DNA of 59,586 nt, filler included, from Catajapyx aquilonaris (lineage: Eukaryota), in assembly GCA_000934665.2 (NCBI GenBank). It is 3 parts of 3 records of this genome, joined end to end, with 100 filler letters (N's around TTAATTAATTAA, not from the genome) between each part and the next. Parts side by side here need not be neighbours in the genome. Positions count along the whole stretch, not along the records: positions 1 to 19,791 come from JYFJ02006388.1; 2 more parts are not named here. One strand, given 5' to 3'. The position numbers and the translations under genes are program-made. The notes under the pieces were generated by a model that did no database searches, had not been told where the DNA came from, and was given only the letters and a program-made list of their open reading frames with translations. Shown here piece by piece: positions 1 to 13,416 of the stretch (positions are counted from its first letter, which is position 1; every line of letters starts with the position of its first letter).

Positions 1-30
1 CCTTGATTCAACTTAACAAAAAGTGGTGAG

Positions 31-786
31 ATCCCCTCAAAAACGCACTCGTAAAAAACGCGCCAAGTCTTCCGCCGAAAAAACCTGTGAGATAGTGCCT
101 GGGAGCCATGCCTTGTCCACTCCGCCGTACGAAGTCGTGAGATCGTGGTGGACGCCAAGCCTTTCTTCGAGGCTATAAGCTAAGTGAGATGACTTGGCCG
201 GACTTGGTTCACGTGCACGAGGAACAATGCGATGCGCGGTTTAATACAATAGAAAGTAAACTTTTAACACTCATTGGTAGAGCCATTACCCAAAAATGCG
301 CAAAAATTTAATGTGACATTCGAATGGAATATTTACTTTTAACTGTCAATGGTGGAGCAGTAACGTAACAACTCCACCTTCAAATTACAAATACAGTTTC
401 TTGATTCATTAGAATAATTATAAATATACTTGGACCTCTGATTCGTATCACAGGACTACAAAATGTCATCTTCGAATCGCACATGATTAGAACCACACAT
501 GATTACAATCGTGGTTTATTAGACTTGAAAATTGAGTCGTACAGCTAAAATTGGGTAACTTGACCAAATTCCAGCGAACTGAACGCGTATTGTTCCTCGT
601 GCCCGTGAACCAAGTCCGGCCAAGTCATCTCACTTAGCTTATAGCCTCGAAGAAAGGCTTGGCGTCCACCACGATCTCACGACTTTGTACGGCGGAGTGG
701 ACAAGGCTTGGCTCCCAGACACTATCTCACAGGTTTTTTCGGCGGAAGACTTGGCGCGTTTTTTACGAGTGCGTTTTTGAGGGGAT
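31..786. mobile_element. Fold-back/MITE-like element with about 200-bp inverted repeats
   Basis: 31-228 is a near-identical reverse complement of about 589-786, around an AT-rich spacer. No clear TSD. Confidence 0.75.
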
Positions 787-2197
787 ATAGTATTTCTATA
801 GAAGGTAAAGAGTGAAGTGCATACAGAGGAACTCTTGTCTATTGGACTATAATACATGAGGTGAAGACCACGTGTAGGCTATATATCACAATAAAGATAC
901 ACATTTTGGTTTATATAATAGCAGTATTACTTACAATCACTACAAAATGTAAAATAATTTGTTATGAACACTGCCTGTAAGAATAAGAAACAAGCTGGCG
1001 TGCGGAAAAGAAATAAAACCTTGAAGAGGGCTGGACGTGCTGTATAGTATTGAGTGAAATGTCATGTTCCAGGTCCCAAGGTCCGTGCCAATCTGGCTGT
1101 GCCAGAGAACCAGAATAAAAATCAGCAGCTCTCTCCCTCTCCCTCTCTCTCCCTCCCTCCCTCTCTCCAGCTCCCCAGAAAAGCCTCTCCTCGGCCACCA
1201 ATGCGGTTTCGCTTCTTTATGTAAATATAGTCTTGTGATCGATCTTTGGGTTTTGGATGGAAGCGGAGGACCTAGTTATTTCCCTCCAACTGGAGTTATT
1301 GACTTGGGTAACAAAGTGTTCTTCCTCTTGGAAACCTTTCCCCCTTATTCTACTTCTCTCCCACCTAGTATGTATATGTGCGCATAGCTAATGCACAAAC
1401 GGGAGAGGAAATTCTTTGCTTGTATTTGTTTTGGAAATGAGGAACTGGGCAAATCGCCAGCAAGTTCCATTCAATCGTGTAGACTTTGCTTAGATCATGA
1501 GATATACAATAGCATATGAGTGGTTACAAGCCATTCAGAAGCACCATCATGTGAACAATAAGTCAAACCTGCCTCAAAGTAAGATAGGGCATGAAAAATG
1601 TATTATACCTCTGCAACAGGCATCTATTGTGTCTCATACTGTATTATTTTGAAAGATTGCGATAAACCTAATAATAATATTGGACAGGGTAACGAATAGT
1701 GGTAAACGGCCGAAATATTTTCCTTGCGCTAAAGGTCTGAGCTACAAGTCTACTCAGAATCCAGAGTCCTTTGGAAGTATAGAGTACAGCGGTGGAAAAG
1801 TGGCTCTTGAGCTATATATTGAGGAAAAGACTTGGCTTGCGAACGAAGCCGTAGGTTCCCGTTAGTTGCCTGCATGTAATCGGATCTGGGCGTCCATAAT
1901 CCTGAAGCGAGAGGAGAGAATGGACGGGTTTTTGGAAGCGGCGTGTCCACTTCCCATTTCGGCCCCCTCTATATCGATCCCCGGGGCGTAAAAGAATACT
2001 GGCCATCCTGCTATATAGAGTGCTATTCCTACGTGACTTTCCAATGGATCTCGAGGGGGATTATACTAGATGAGAATGTGCCATTCTAACTGCATGTCAA
2101 CACAGGTTGGCACGTCATTTCAATTCACGTCGTCCAGTACACGTCAAACTTCATGAAGTTCAATTGGGACGTGAGCAAATCTGCTGATTGCTGTCCC

Positions 2198-2336
2198 CAA
2201 GGGGTTAACCACTCGACTGTCAAGTGTACACTGGAGTACCAAATTCAAGGAGTACCTAAGGAGTATAGCCTACCGAAGAGTACCTGGGAGTACCAGTGCA
2301 GGTGTACACTGGAGTACCGAAGTGATTACCCCCTTG
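2198..2336. mobile_element. About 140-bp MITE with CAAGGGG TIRs and 8-bp TSD
   Basis: Ends CAAGGGG...CCCCTTG, flanks gctgtccc/gctgtcca, internal GAGTACC repeats. A second copy lies at 11410-11558. Confidence 0.8.
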
Positions 2337-2586
2337 GCTGTCCATCTATATCACTGTCACTGACAGTCTGTCAGCATGTAAAAGGTTCGTGGTAGAATAT
2401 GGTGGATTACTACTGCCAACTCCTACTCGTAGACACAGAGCATAATTATTATGGTTTCAAGTGTGGCAAAATATTATTCGTTATACTTTAGTTAGCTAGT
2501 TACTACCTTATTATTATAATCTGATGTTACTGAAAACGTAGAGGCTGTCAAATTAACTCATATTGTTGATTTATTGCTTTATTAAT

Positions 2587-2898
2587 TTACCCCGTGATAG
2601 GCCTCCATGGGCCTTTTGGGGGGGGGGGGGTGTGGCACACCACCATCAGTTTTCTGATTTGTTTAACTTCAATCTCCGGTGCAAGGAATCAAGGACATTT
2701 AGGTAAGGATAGGGATTTTCGAGGAGGTGCAATGTCTCTGCTTAGGCCTTAGGGCCATGTGCATGTGCAGTCCCCCAAGAGGTTAGGTTGTCAGACGTAC
2801 ACCTCCAAGGTGCGGGTCAGAGACCCTCCCGACACAGGTGAAAGGGAACTCCCAGGCAGGGATCGAATCTGGGACCTTTCACTCAGCAAGCCGAGACG
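2587..2898 (-). mobile_element. tRNA-derived SINE (family A)
   Basis: The minus strand shows a B-box-like ATTCGATCCC, a body homologous to 56758-57082 and the tail GGCCTATCACGGGGTAA. Confidence 0.7.
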
Positions 2899-3535
2899 AA
2901 TTAACTAATATTAAGGATTGAACATAAGATTACCAGTTATTCCAAATACCAATGTAGGCTATGTATAAGTAAGAAATTATTATATTTTGAGTTGATAAAA
3001 CCGGCAATTTGAGACAAGGGTGTGTAGATTTTGTTGAAAGGTTGAAAGGATTTATTGAAGCGACGTCTATTAGGATTAGGTTGTATGCACGAGTAATGCA
3101 TTTTCCAATTTTTGGGTCAGCCCATACTGATGTAAACTTGATTAAGCGAGAGAGAAAGCATGAGGCTTCAGCTATACGTGTGTGTTAGTATGAAAATACA
3201 GACTGATCCAAAATACTTATCAGATTAATATGACTATTTGTTGGCACTAAGTTGCTTACGTTAAACAGTTACTTTTAGTGGTCGTCGAAAGTATATTAGC
3301 AGCTAATATTAGGTTGTGTCCCCATCATTTTTCAATCATGCAAGAAAGTTCGTCATCCACAAAGTTGATTTTGCCATTGATGTGAGATGCCAATTGTTCC
3401 AATCCTGGTAGGCCCTATTTTTCTACTGTAGCATGTCGTAATGCGCGCAAATGGAGTATAAGATTAGAAATGAGGGTTTTTTCTGATACTTGTGTTGATG
3501 AGGCTCTTAAAGAAAATGTTTGTGTTGGTGATCAG

Positions 3536-3892
3536 GTCTTGACTAAGGTCTGGGGACGGAAGTCTGTGGTTTTACTGTAGCTGTGGGGACCAGTTCCAAT
3601 TGTGGGGACATTTGTCGGTCCCCACAGTCTCACACACGCGAAGTGTACCATTACAGTGGGGACATGTGTAAATTAGTGGGGACATGTCCCCACTATTTTC
3701 ATTTGTAGGGTTTCACAAAAGTCCATTTTTCTCAGCCTAGGTTACTTAGGGTAGGGTAGGTTAGGTAGGGTAGGGTAGGTTAGGTTAGGTTAGGTTAGGG
3801 TAGGTTAGGTTAGGTTAGGTTAGGTTAGGTTAGATCAGTTTACACTCGCAGTGAAAAGTGATCAATGTCCGTCCCCACGCCTTAGTCAAGAC
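3536..3892. mobile_element. Inverted-repeat element with an internal (TTAGG)n tract
   Basis: gtcttgactaagg..ggggacgga is mirrored by tccgtcccc..ccttagtcaagac. Internal GTGGGGAC repeats and a TTAGG/GTAGG array at about 3738-3832. Confidence 0.7.
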
Positions 3893-5721
3893 AAGAGTGT
3901 GTGGGTGTGTGTGTGTGTTGGGGGGTTCCACGTCAACTGGGCCACCCTTTTGCCTGGGACCTCATCTGATTTTGTTCATATTCGGCTGTATGTAGTGCCG
4001 ACGCGACGGTAGTGCCCATTACCTGGGTTTTCTGAATCTACAATATACGTAACATAATTTGTTTGCCCTTGCAACGCGTGATCACGAAACTACAGTGTGC
4101 AACAAGTACGAATTTTTACGCATTTTGTGCATGTTGGCCTATAATGTTGGAGACCCATAACTCCCAAAATACTGTACAACAGAAAATCCAAACGGCGATG
4201 AGTGTTTTGAAAAGCTCTTTGAAGGGCCTTCAAAATGATCTGAATCTGATTTCTTATTTTTAAAAAAAATTTAATATGGAGTCAGGAATGAGTGAGTTTA
4301 TTTTATTCAAAGTGCAATGTTTTAAAAATTGAATTGCACTCAAATGGAACTATGCAATGCTTAAATGAGGTTTCCTCAAAATCTAGAAATTAGATAATTG
4401 AAATTTAATTGACTAGATAAATTTTGGTTGGTCCATGCACCGATGGTTATCTTTCTCTTTCATTCCATAATATTTTGTGCCTTGATTTTTTTTCTAAAGG
4501 TAGACTTTAAAAATTACGAATTGCACTCAAATTCTGATTTCCTACAAATCTAAAGGATAAAAATAAAAATTCAGTAGACCAGATGCATATTCACTGAGTC
4601 AAAATGGTCGTGGGCCTTTTTCCTTACAGAACTTAAATTTTAATTTCTCTCAAATTTGACATTTTGACCAATTTTGAATTGCCGTCAAATAAAAGCATTG
4701 AAATTCTACTTCACAGTTACTCAAAAGATAAAGAGTAGGGATAAAAATGTTATTGGCTCCAACCAATACGGTTATGAGAGTCGCTCTGAAACACACGGTT
4801 TATTACAGGATCCGAAATCCTTTCATATGCATTTGTGTCACGATCTACCACGGATTGCAATACTTTATTAAGAAGGATAGTGTATTGCGAAGCGCTTTAA
4901 GGCTATAATGCTGCTAGTTCAGTCTGTTTGCCATCAGTACTGCGGCTGAAATGGCAATGGTGAGTGATCCTGAGCCTTTCCTGCATCGGCTTTCATCCCG
5001 ACACCGATCCGTTCCTATCCGTCACCATGCCAACGGAAACATCACCCGCCCCATGCTACTTCTCCCCAATCATCACCATCACCATCACCATCATCATCAT
5101 CATCCGGGCACCTGCGCCCAACCTCCCGTCATATAGCCGCCCCGCCGCCACCCTCCGCAAAACTTGCCTAGACTCCGTGTGCACGCTGCTAATCTCCCGC
5201 TAATGAAATTCCAAACATTATTGCAGGCGTGCCCAGGTTCTGGCGGTGTCGGGTGACCCTCTCCCCCCTCTCCCATTCTACATCTCCCTCACTCACCTCT
5301 CTCCCAACCCAATCTCTCTCCGTCCCTATATAGCACTCATCCTCTTCATCACAGGTATATCTACTCAGGCTTGGAAACAATGCTGCTATTTAGCAAGTAC
5401 AGTACTTAAAGATTTAATATTATTTCAGAATGTTCATCATCATCATCATCATCATTGGCCAGAAATGTCAACTTCTTCAGTTAAGCTAATCATTACGAAG
5501 CTCATTGGATCATATTCAGAAACATGTCAACTATTCTCCGATATTCGCGGGCACAGAGTTGCAACATCGCAAATGTTAGTATAGAGTTATTTAATATTCG
5601 AAACTGTCTGTAAAGGTGGTAAGAACTTAAAAATATTATACGCCATTATTATTCAGATTGGCATCATATCCAGAGTGATGCGAACATACAGTACCATTTG
5701 TCCCTCCTTGGAGTTGTTATA

Positions 5722-6778
5722 CAGGGTGTTTCACTAGATATAGTCCCCCAAAAGAATCGATTAATTATAATAGCATTGTATTTCTTACCACTCTATCTAG
5801 AAACGTGATGTTCGATTTAAAAGTTACTTTAGTTCATGCATTAAAACTGAATGCATAAAAATTCCATCATTCTCATGACTCCCCCCTATCAGCTACTTTC
5901 AATGCAACCGTTTGCAACCGTTTCCAAATGACAGGTTTTTCTCCTCTCCTGTAGGCTACAGTTTCTTATTATGGAGTTAGCTGCTTTTGCTTGGGAGCTC
6001 CCCAATTTTAGCTGTTTCTAATGCATTCACACGCGCTAATGCCGAATATGAAATCAGAAAGTGTCCATCACCCCATACATTTTTTGTAACAGCCATACCT
6101 TATTTTGCCGAAAGTATACTGCCCATTGATCAATATGACTAACATATGGTCAACAATGGTTTTGTTAATTGCGCCATTTTCACTTTTTACCATGTATTCG
6201 AATGCGCTGATTCCGAATATGAAGTCAAAGTTTCAATATCGGCATCCATTTTCTTGCAACCGAGAATAGGCCTACTTTGCATAGCTCAATATCATTAATT
6301 TTTTGGGCAACATTGGGTTTTGTTTTAGGCGCCATTTTTGATGTCTCTCTTGTGTTAGGAGGAGCTGATTGTGAATATGAAGTCAGAATTTTAATATCGG
6401 CATCCATTTCCTTGTAACACGCGTACAACTTGTTTTCAAGAATTACTGAACATTGCTCATTGTCATCTTATGCATAATAAATTTTGTAAACATAATTCTA
6501 TACGAGGATTTTGGTAAATAATACAATGGGGGAATCGTAACTAATCCATACTAAGCCCTATTAGTCATTACTTACTCAGAAATTTATTTCAAAGTGTATG
6601 ACTCTAACGAGTCTAACTTACATTAAGACTGATAGGTTTTTTTACGCCATAAAAATGCCAATTACTCAAAAACTGTCGGTGACAGAAGATTTTGGTTAAC
6701 ATATTTGAAATCAGCGTAACAAATACAATAGGAATCGCACATTCATACATGGGCCAAATAAAAGTTCAATTTTGTTAT
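5722..6778. repeat. Degenerate DNA-transposon-derived region with diverged internal repeats of about 165 bp
   Basis: Begins TA-CAGGGTG. The motif gctgattccgaatatgaagtca recurs near 6035, 6205 and 6363. Confidence 0.45.
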
Positions 6779-6790
6779 CGAAGTTCCTGC

Positions 6791-6969
6791 ACAGCATATT
6801 AATTTATCCTCATAAATGGTCAGGATTGCTGCACTGCAGCGACTTTTTAGGTAATTCCAGCAGCTGTGCTTCACTTTTTCGAATTTTGTTCTTCCCCTGA
6901 AGGAGGTCATCTACCATTGTATTGGTCCAAAACACTTGGTACTGCAGCAATCCTGACTCGCTATGCTGT
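6791..6969. mobile_element. Short inverted-repeat element
   Basis: gtcaggattgctgca/tgcagcaatcctgac, with an outer acagcata/tatgctgt pair. Confidence 0.55.
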
Positions 6970-8791
6970 ATAGAAGGGCTTACAGGTAATAAGGAGGTCG
7001 CGTCGAGTCGCGTTCGAGTGCCTATGGAGGTCAGTTGAGGTCAAGTACAGCACTCATTGTGAATGGTCCTACATTCCCAACCAAACATCATGTTTCTAGG
7101 TAGAGTAGGAAGAAAATATAGTCGATTCTTTGCGGGACTACCTCAGAGTGAAACACCTTGTATCTTCTTTGTATACGTAATCGCTGAAACTTCTGTCGCT
7201 GAAGGAAGAGAAGGGTTGGTGAAGGTAGGATGGGGATCACATTGTTAGAGAAGCTATGCCTTACGGCAGAGTAGGATATGGGGAAGGGGTTGTATTGGTC
7301 ACAGAGAAGTGAGCAAAGAAGTCGACGAGGACCAACGCGTCACTCTTGAAAGGTGGAGCTGGGTTAGTCCTAATGCAAAGAAATATGTAAGCCTGTCCGA
7401 ACATATAACGGCTAATAATATATTGCTATCATAACTCCGGATGCCAAGATTGAACTAAATCCATCAAGTATATGCCAAGATACAACGAGTACCACAAGTT
7501 CACCTCCATTCCAGCCGCCACCACTGTGCTTCCCCTCTTCACCCGAAGTGGACTACTTCGTAACCAGAGATACTGTATTATCTGGAGATGGTCTGTCAAG
7601 TTGCGGGGAAAGGACGACCTACCCGTGTATGCAGCTTTGGCTGTCAGTTCTGGTGTGAGCCTACAGTGCATAAATGAAACCTACTCGCATTACAATGAAT
7701 TTTGTGCTTTCAGTTAATAAATTAATGAGTGAAACCAGATAGGTCACATGTTTGCACACTGGAGTTCGTCACTCCCTCTGATATGAGATGTGTGATTGTT
7801 GACAATCCAGATCATTTTCTTACATACCGGTACGGTAAAACGTTTGAAAACTCAGCGGAGAACGGTTTTGTAGAGAAATGCACATCAGAGCAAAGAATGT
7901 TAGCAACTAAGGTAAGAAATCTGTAGGATACCTCTTTTGCTATACTCCACTAATAATAATATTCTTCATGCAAATTGTGCATGAAGAATATTATTATTAG
8001 TTCTATATAGAACTGACAGTGAGATGCTTGGGCCAATGTGCTGTGAATTTGCACGTCTTCTGAGTTTCAAATGGTCACAGAAGGCCCTATAAACCTGAAA
8101 TAAATTGTATGTATACAGTATTTTATGACATTGATGTTTGGCAATGAACTGTATATTTCGAGTCACATATTGTTTAGTATAAGCGATATATTTTAATGAA
8201 CTTTGTGACGGTGAGACACTTTTTGCACCAAGTGCACCTTTGTGTAAACCTTTCAATATGGGTTAGTCAGGGGTTAGGATTGATAACTGTCCAATATGTT
8301 CACTGGAATTTTCATAATTACAAGAAACAATAGTGTTGCACAGTACTGATTTCAAAATTTAGCAGTTACAAGACCAAGTTAGTAGCCTATGCATGGTATT
8401 TTTTCGTTCCTTCTGATAATGTTAATAATACATGCTAACAGGCAGTCCCCGACTTACGTGGCTCCGACATACGCAGATTCGTACTGGCGATGGCATGCAA
8501 ATTTCTCGACTAGCAAAATATTTACATAAAATGTAGCGGAACAATTCACTGAAGTATACGTCGGAGACTGGCTGTACTGTATATTAGCATCAGCAGTGCA
8601 TATGGCACTTTTCACACTTACCACTGATCTAGAGAAAAATTCCATAATCGTTAGCTTTCCCCTATAACTTATAGGGTCTACAGCATTTTTGACTCTTTCA
8701 AGGGCGAGTTGTGTCACTTTTTAGATCGTTGGTACACTAACGAACGCATATGAAGACGAAGGTGGCGGGATGGGTAGATATGGTAAGAGAA

Positions 8792-9000
8792 GGCGGAGTG
8801 GCGCAGCGGTAACGCTCAGCCCGCATGAAGAGCAAAAACCTGGGCTCGAGCCCAAGGCCCTGATTTGCCTTCCAATCTCGTGCAGTGTCTCCAATTTGGT
8901 CTCGGGTGGAATTTTTGCTTGGGTAATCATCAGGAGGAACTCACCAAACGATAGGTGTCGACATTATATTTACATCGTGAACAGGTATAAAACCCATACC
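8792..9000 (+). mobile_element. Degenerate tRNA-derived SINE
   Basis: A-box-like TGGCGCAGCGG and B-box-like GGGCTCGAGCCC. The head resembles the 22552-22878 element. Confidence 0.45.
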
Positions 9001-11356
9001 TTATATCTGGTTCCCTCACATTTTGGCTTGATTTGATCCAATCTAGAACAGCATGTAAGAGAATCCTCTTATGTCATAAAAATCATTCCGTTGTAGGCCT
9101 ACAGTACACTCCCTTGATGCAGCTGGTAGGCGACTCAAAGTTTAGACGCTATGACTTTCAGCAATGTCATTCCATGTCGAATGATCATTAGCATTGATGA
9201 TAATTATCTAGTCTCTACTCAATGAAATCCTTTTAATTACTTCCTATCCAAAAATGAAAACATATAATCCTCAGCAATGCAATGAAAGTCAAATTACGCC
9301 TCTATAATTCCAAAAGGACATTTTATTCCCAACAAATATTCCTCTCTACCAAAGAAAGTGAGAAATAATCAGTGGCGAGTGGCACTCAATCGCTAGTGTT
9401 TCAAATTAAGGCTAGAATTACTAAAGGGCCACTCGTGCGACTAGTGTCAAACATGGCTTGGTATCCAGTTCAACAGGACTCTATTTCCAAACGTGCATGG
9501 GGGGCGGTTGCGGCAAAGAAGAGAGCAAATGGCGCCGGGCTTGTCAGTGTGAGGGTGGGGGTGGGGGTGGGGGGAAGAGGGGCGGGGAGAGGGGGTTGGG
9601 AGTGGTGGTAGCGGGATGGGTCGGAGGGGAGGTAGCAGGGGAGGGCTAAATGTAATAATCCCACCCGTCGTTTGACTGCTGATTCAGCAGGTCGCGGTTT
9701 TATTAGTGCAATATGAGATAATGGCAGGAAATCCAATAACGGGGATCCCAAAGTCGACTCACCTGCAGCGCATCAATATCGCCAGAGCGGGGAGGTAGGG
9801 TAGGTGGTATGGAAACGGGGGAAGGGTAATCATTCGGGGAAAATGCGGGGGGAAGCAAAAGAGATGTCAAAGGGGGGAATCTGCCTCCGAGGTGCGCTTT
9901 TGTCCGCTATTCCGAACATAGTTTTCCGCTTCCTCGTACAGTACACTGGCTCTCATCCCGTGTCATTCACATCAACGACAGCTCCAGCGAGTCTAGTGTT
10001 GTGCAAAATATGCTGGAGCACCTCCCCTCCCCTCTGGTGGCATCTACTGTACTAAGGCTGGATTTCATACTGGGTGTCTCAAAAGTTACGGCCATCACTT
10101 TTTCTTACTTATTCTATAGGGAAATTCTATATAGATCACTTTCGTTACTCTTGACAATGTGGAAAAATGTTCAACGATTGACACGTGACTATACGTTTCC
10201 CTGGCTGTATCAGTATCAGTAATAGAAGTCTGCTCGCCAGGAGTCGAAATATAGGCTGAGGCATAATATCTTGGCGAAAATGATAATCACGTAACGAAAC
10301 GGGGTTGTGCTGGCTTTGCGAGCTCGCAGAGCTGAGGTACATGAGACACTGTTGCAGCTGTCGATAATAGCTTCCCCGATACCTCAACAGTCAGGGGCTT
10401 AAGAGTGGACATCAGGAGTGGCCATTGTTCAAATTGCCAATACCAACCAGATTTCCATACATCCGGGAAATGACAGCAGTTGAAATCTCCTACCCTAAAA
10501 GTGTGCGAGAGTCCCCTCCTCTCCATAAAAAGAGAAAAATGCCAATTCTTGCAAATGGACTCGCCTCTAACATCATCATGCAGTCTCTGCGGCTACAAAA
10601 GATAAACTTGCTAAACCTAGCATTAGGCAAATTCTTCCGCGTGGCCAGGCCTTGTCACTCGAGGCCAACATCTGCATTCCGCACCCGATACGTAAGCCTA
10701 TATTAAAGTCCACACCACCTATCATTGAGTATGAGTACGAAAGCAGGCTGCTGTGATATTCCAGTCACTCAACTGGCCAGCGAGGTACAGCAATACAGTG
10801 TATATGCTGCATAGACCCCAGGACTGTAGCAGCCTAAGCGGCTGGGGCTCCATTGATTTCTGATAGCGGCCGGGCGGACCTCTTCAACCTCCCCCTACGC
10901 CATCCCAGCCCTCTCCCCCGTTCCAACCTCTGTTTGAACCAGGGGCAGCCAGGCCAACATGCATGCACACAGTCCAGAAGCCCTTCCTGGATTTTATACC
11001 GTTAGGGACCCCGAAAAATATGAATATAGCCTACTCTCCACGCCTCGTATTAATCAACACATATAGGCCTACTGTAGGTCAGATACGAACTGTATCATAC
11101 ACCCGAAATGCTTACTCGTCAAGTACGCAAGTCACAGGGCAAAATAAAAGCTGTCAATAGCTAGTCGAGAGAGAAAACGAAACATTCATTCGTTCTCTCG
11201 TTAACAGGTTGTATAATCATGTGCATTTACAAAGTTCTGTGAATGCCTCAACTAGGAGGGAAAAAATCTTTTTATATGCGTCATAAGTAGAATTTTAAAG
11301 CATATCCTCATGGTCCTCAAAAGTTGCCCTGTGAGCATTCGGTGCTTGCATTAGAG

Positions 11357-11730
11357 CAGTGGTTCCCAACCTTTTTCGGGTCGCGACCCCCTTTTATGAT
11401 AGTCAAGTACAAGGGGGTAATCACTTCGGTACTCCGGTGTACACCTGCAAGTGGTACTCCCAGGTCCTCCTTAGGTACTTTACTCTTTCGTACTCCTTGG
11501 TACTCCTTAAATTTTGGTACTCCAGTGTACACTTTTCAGTCGAGTGGTTACCCCCTTGGTCAAGTAACCTGCGACCCCCCCCCCCCCTCCGAGGGTTAGT
11601 AGAAGTTGAAAAAAACCTTCGCGATGAAATTTCCTATAAGAAATTTGTGTGTTGTAACATTTTAGTAACTTCTTAATTAATAAAAATTGCCCCTCGCGCG
11701 ACCCCCCGAAACACAGGTTGGGAACCACTG
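11357..11730. mobile_element. hAT-type MITE with a nested insertion
   Basis: TIR CAGTGGTTCCCAACC/GGTTGGGAACCACTG and 8-bp flanks cattagag/catgagag. Confidence 0.85.
11410..11558. mobile_element. Nested CAAGGGG MITE
   Basis: Perfect 8-bp TSD GTCAAGTA. Inverted homologue of 2198-2336. Confidence 0.85.
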
Positions 11731-12082
11731 CATGAGAGCTTTAAAAACCATCAAACTCCATCATTTTTAAATCCTCTACTGAGTTGTCTACATTTTGGGC
11801 GGAGTGCGTGATAGAAAGGAGTGTTGGAAAATGAGGGCGGTATTTTATTTTCCGAGTACCGTAACTTTACTGATTTGGTTACAATATCACTCATTACTTG
11901 CAGTCTCTGTCACATGAGATGTAGCAAAAATTGTGTTAGGGCAGGAGTGCTACTAGTTCAGTTTTGAAACATAATATTCATTTTTATGCATTTCAACATC
12001 CCATCTGCCAAATATTACATTTATAACCTGCCATCCCTTCATCGCTGACTACCCCTCATAGGGAAATGTCGTAATGTCGTGA

Positions 12083-12185
<103 letters not shown>

Positions 12186-13269
12186 ACCTGCCAGAAAATT
12201 GGCCAGAACAAAACTTTTCTCGAGCACTATAAAAATATCGTGGCATGAGAAAGTATATACAATCAAGTGTATTGCATCACAGCGACTGACTGGAGTCAGT
12301 TTACTCTTGTTAATACTGTACTGACAGACAATATTCTCTACTACTCGACAATAATATTATGCTGAAATTATATGCGGCTTAGCCTAGGTGAGAGTTTGTT
12401 TTGTTATTTTAGTCAAATGTATAGCGTCATAATTATTTTCTCCTTCAATATCATATTTCAGATAATAATATAACATTTTCTTATGAAAATATTTTGGATT
12501 TCAACAAAACATAACTTTGGTGGAGTAAATCTTTTGGATAGCAATTTCGCGTCGTGCATCATTAGGTTACAGTTATTGAATAGGCCTAAGTGTTACACTA
12601 TTTGACATAGGAAAATGTGCGTACAGTCATACTTTGTGTGACTGTAGGTGATGGTCATGAAAGTGCATTATAGCGTGGATATGGAAAGTTATCGGGGTCC
12701 ATTTGGAGGCGATCCAGAGTACAAATTTCATGCCAATTTCATTTCAAATTTTAAAGTTCCTTCCAGGATTTTATCTCTCTTTTTACCTCTTGTGCAATTA
12801 ACAATGTTTTCTCAGTGGAAACGGGGAGACAGAGGAATGGAGATAAGGACGGAAGGAATAACAGAAGGGGAGAGGGAAATCACGGCATTTTTCTTCACTC
12901 CTACTATGCAGCACTAAGCTCAATACAGTAGCTACAGTATGTTATTGGTTGAACAATGAGCAGTTTTCAAAATGTCTTTTAAATTAGAGGCTAATGTAAG
13001 CAGAATTATCATATGGGATCTTGGCAATCTAGAAGAGTATAAATTAGGCTTCAGATTATTGTCATTCTTGAGATCACGGGTTAATCCCCGGTACCAACAA
13101 CCATGCTGATTGGGGTTTTTGTTTCCCTGGGGAATGCCAGAAGCCCTCACTGTAAAATTGAGCGACTTTTTCACTTCCTGTTGCCCCACGTATATTATGT
13201 CTACACTGTATATAAGTAAGTCACGAAGAGCGGGGGCAGAGCGGGGTGTTGCGGTTATCAGCTTCGGAG

Positions 13270-13416
13270 GTATCATCAGTTCAAAAAGAATTGTCCCAGT
13301 CATCCTGATGTGTGTGCTGCCCGCTCGACACACACCATGTAACTTACATGGTGTGTGTCGAGCGGCCAGCCCACACGTCAGGATGACTGGGACAGTTCCT
13401 TTTGCACTGTTGATAC
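13270..13416. mobile_element. Palindromic hairpin MITE
   Basis: About 70-bp arms centred on catgtaacttacatg. Confidence 0.7.

Noticed and set aside
3738..3832. True telomere or chromosome end
   Set aside because: Short, degenerate, internal and enclosed in an inverted-repeat element.
4951..5203. His-rich ORF resembling a transcription-factor tract
   Set aside because: A (CAT/CAC)n simple repeat with no domain or convincing exon structure.
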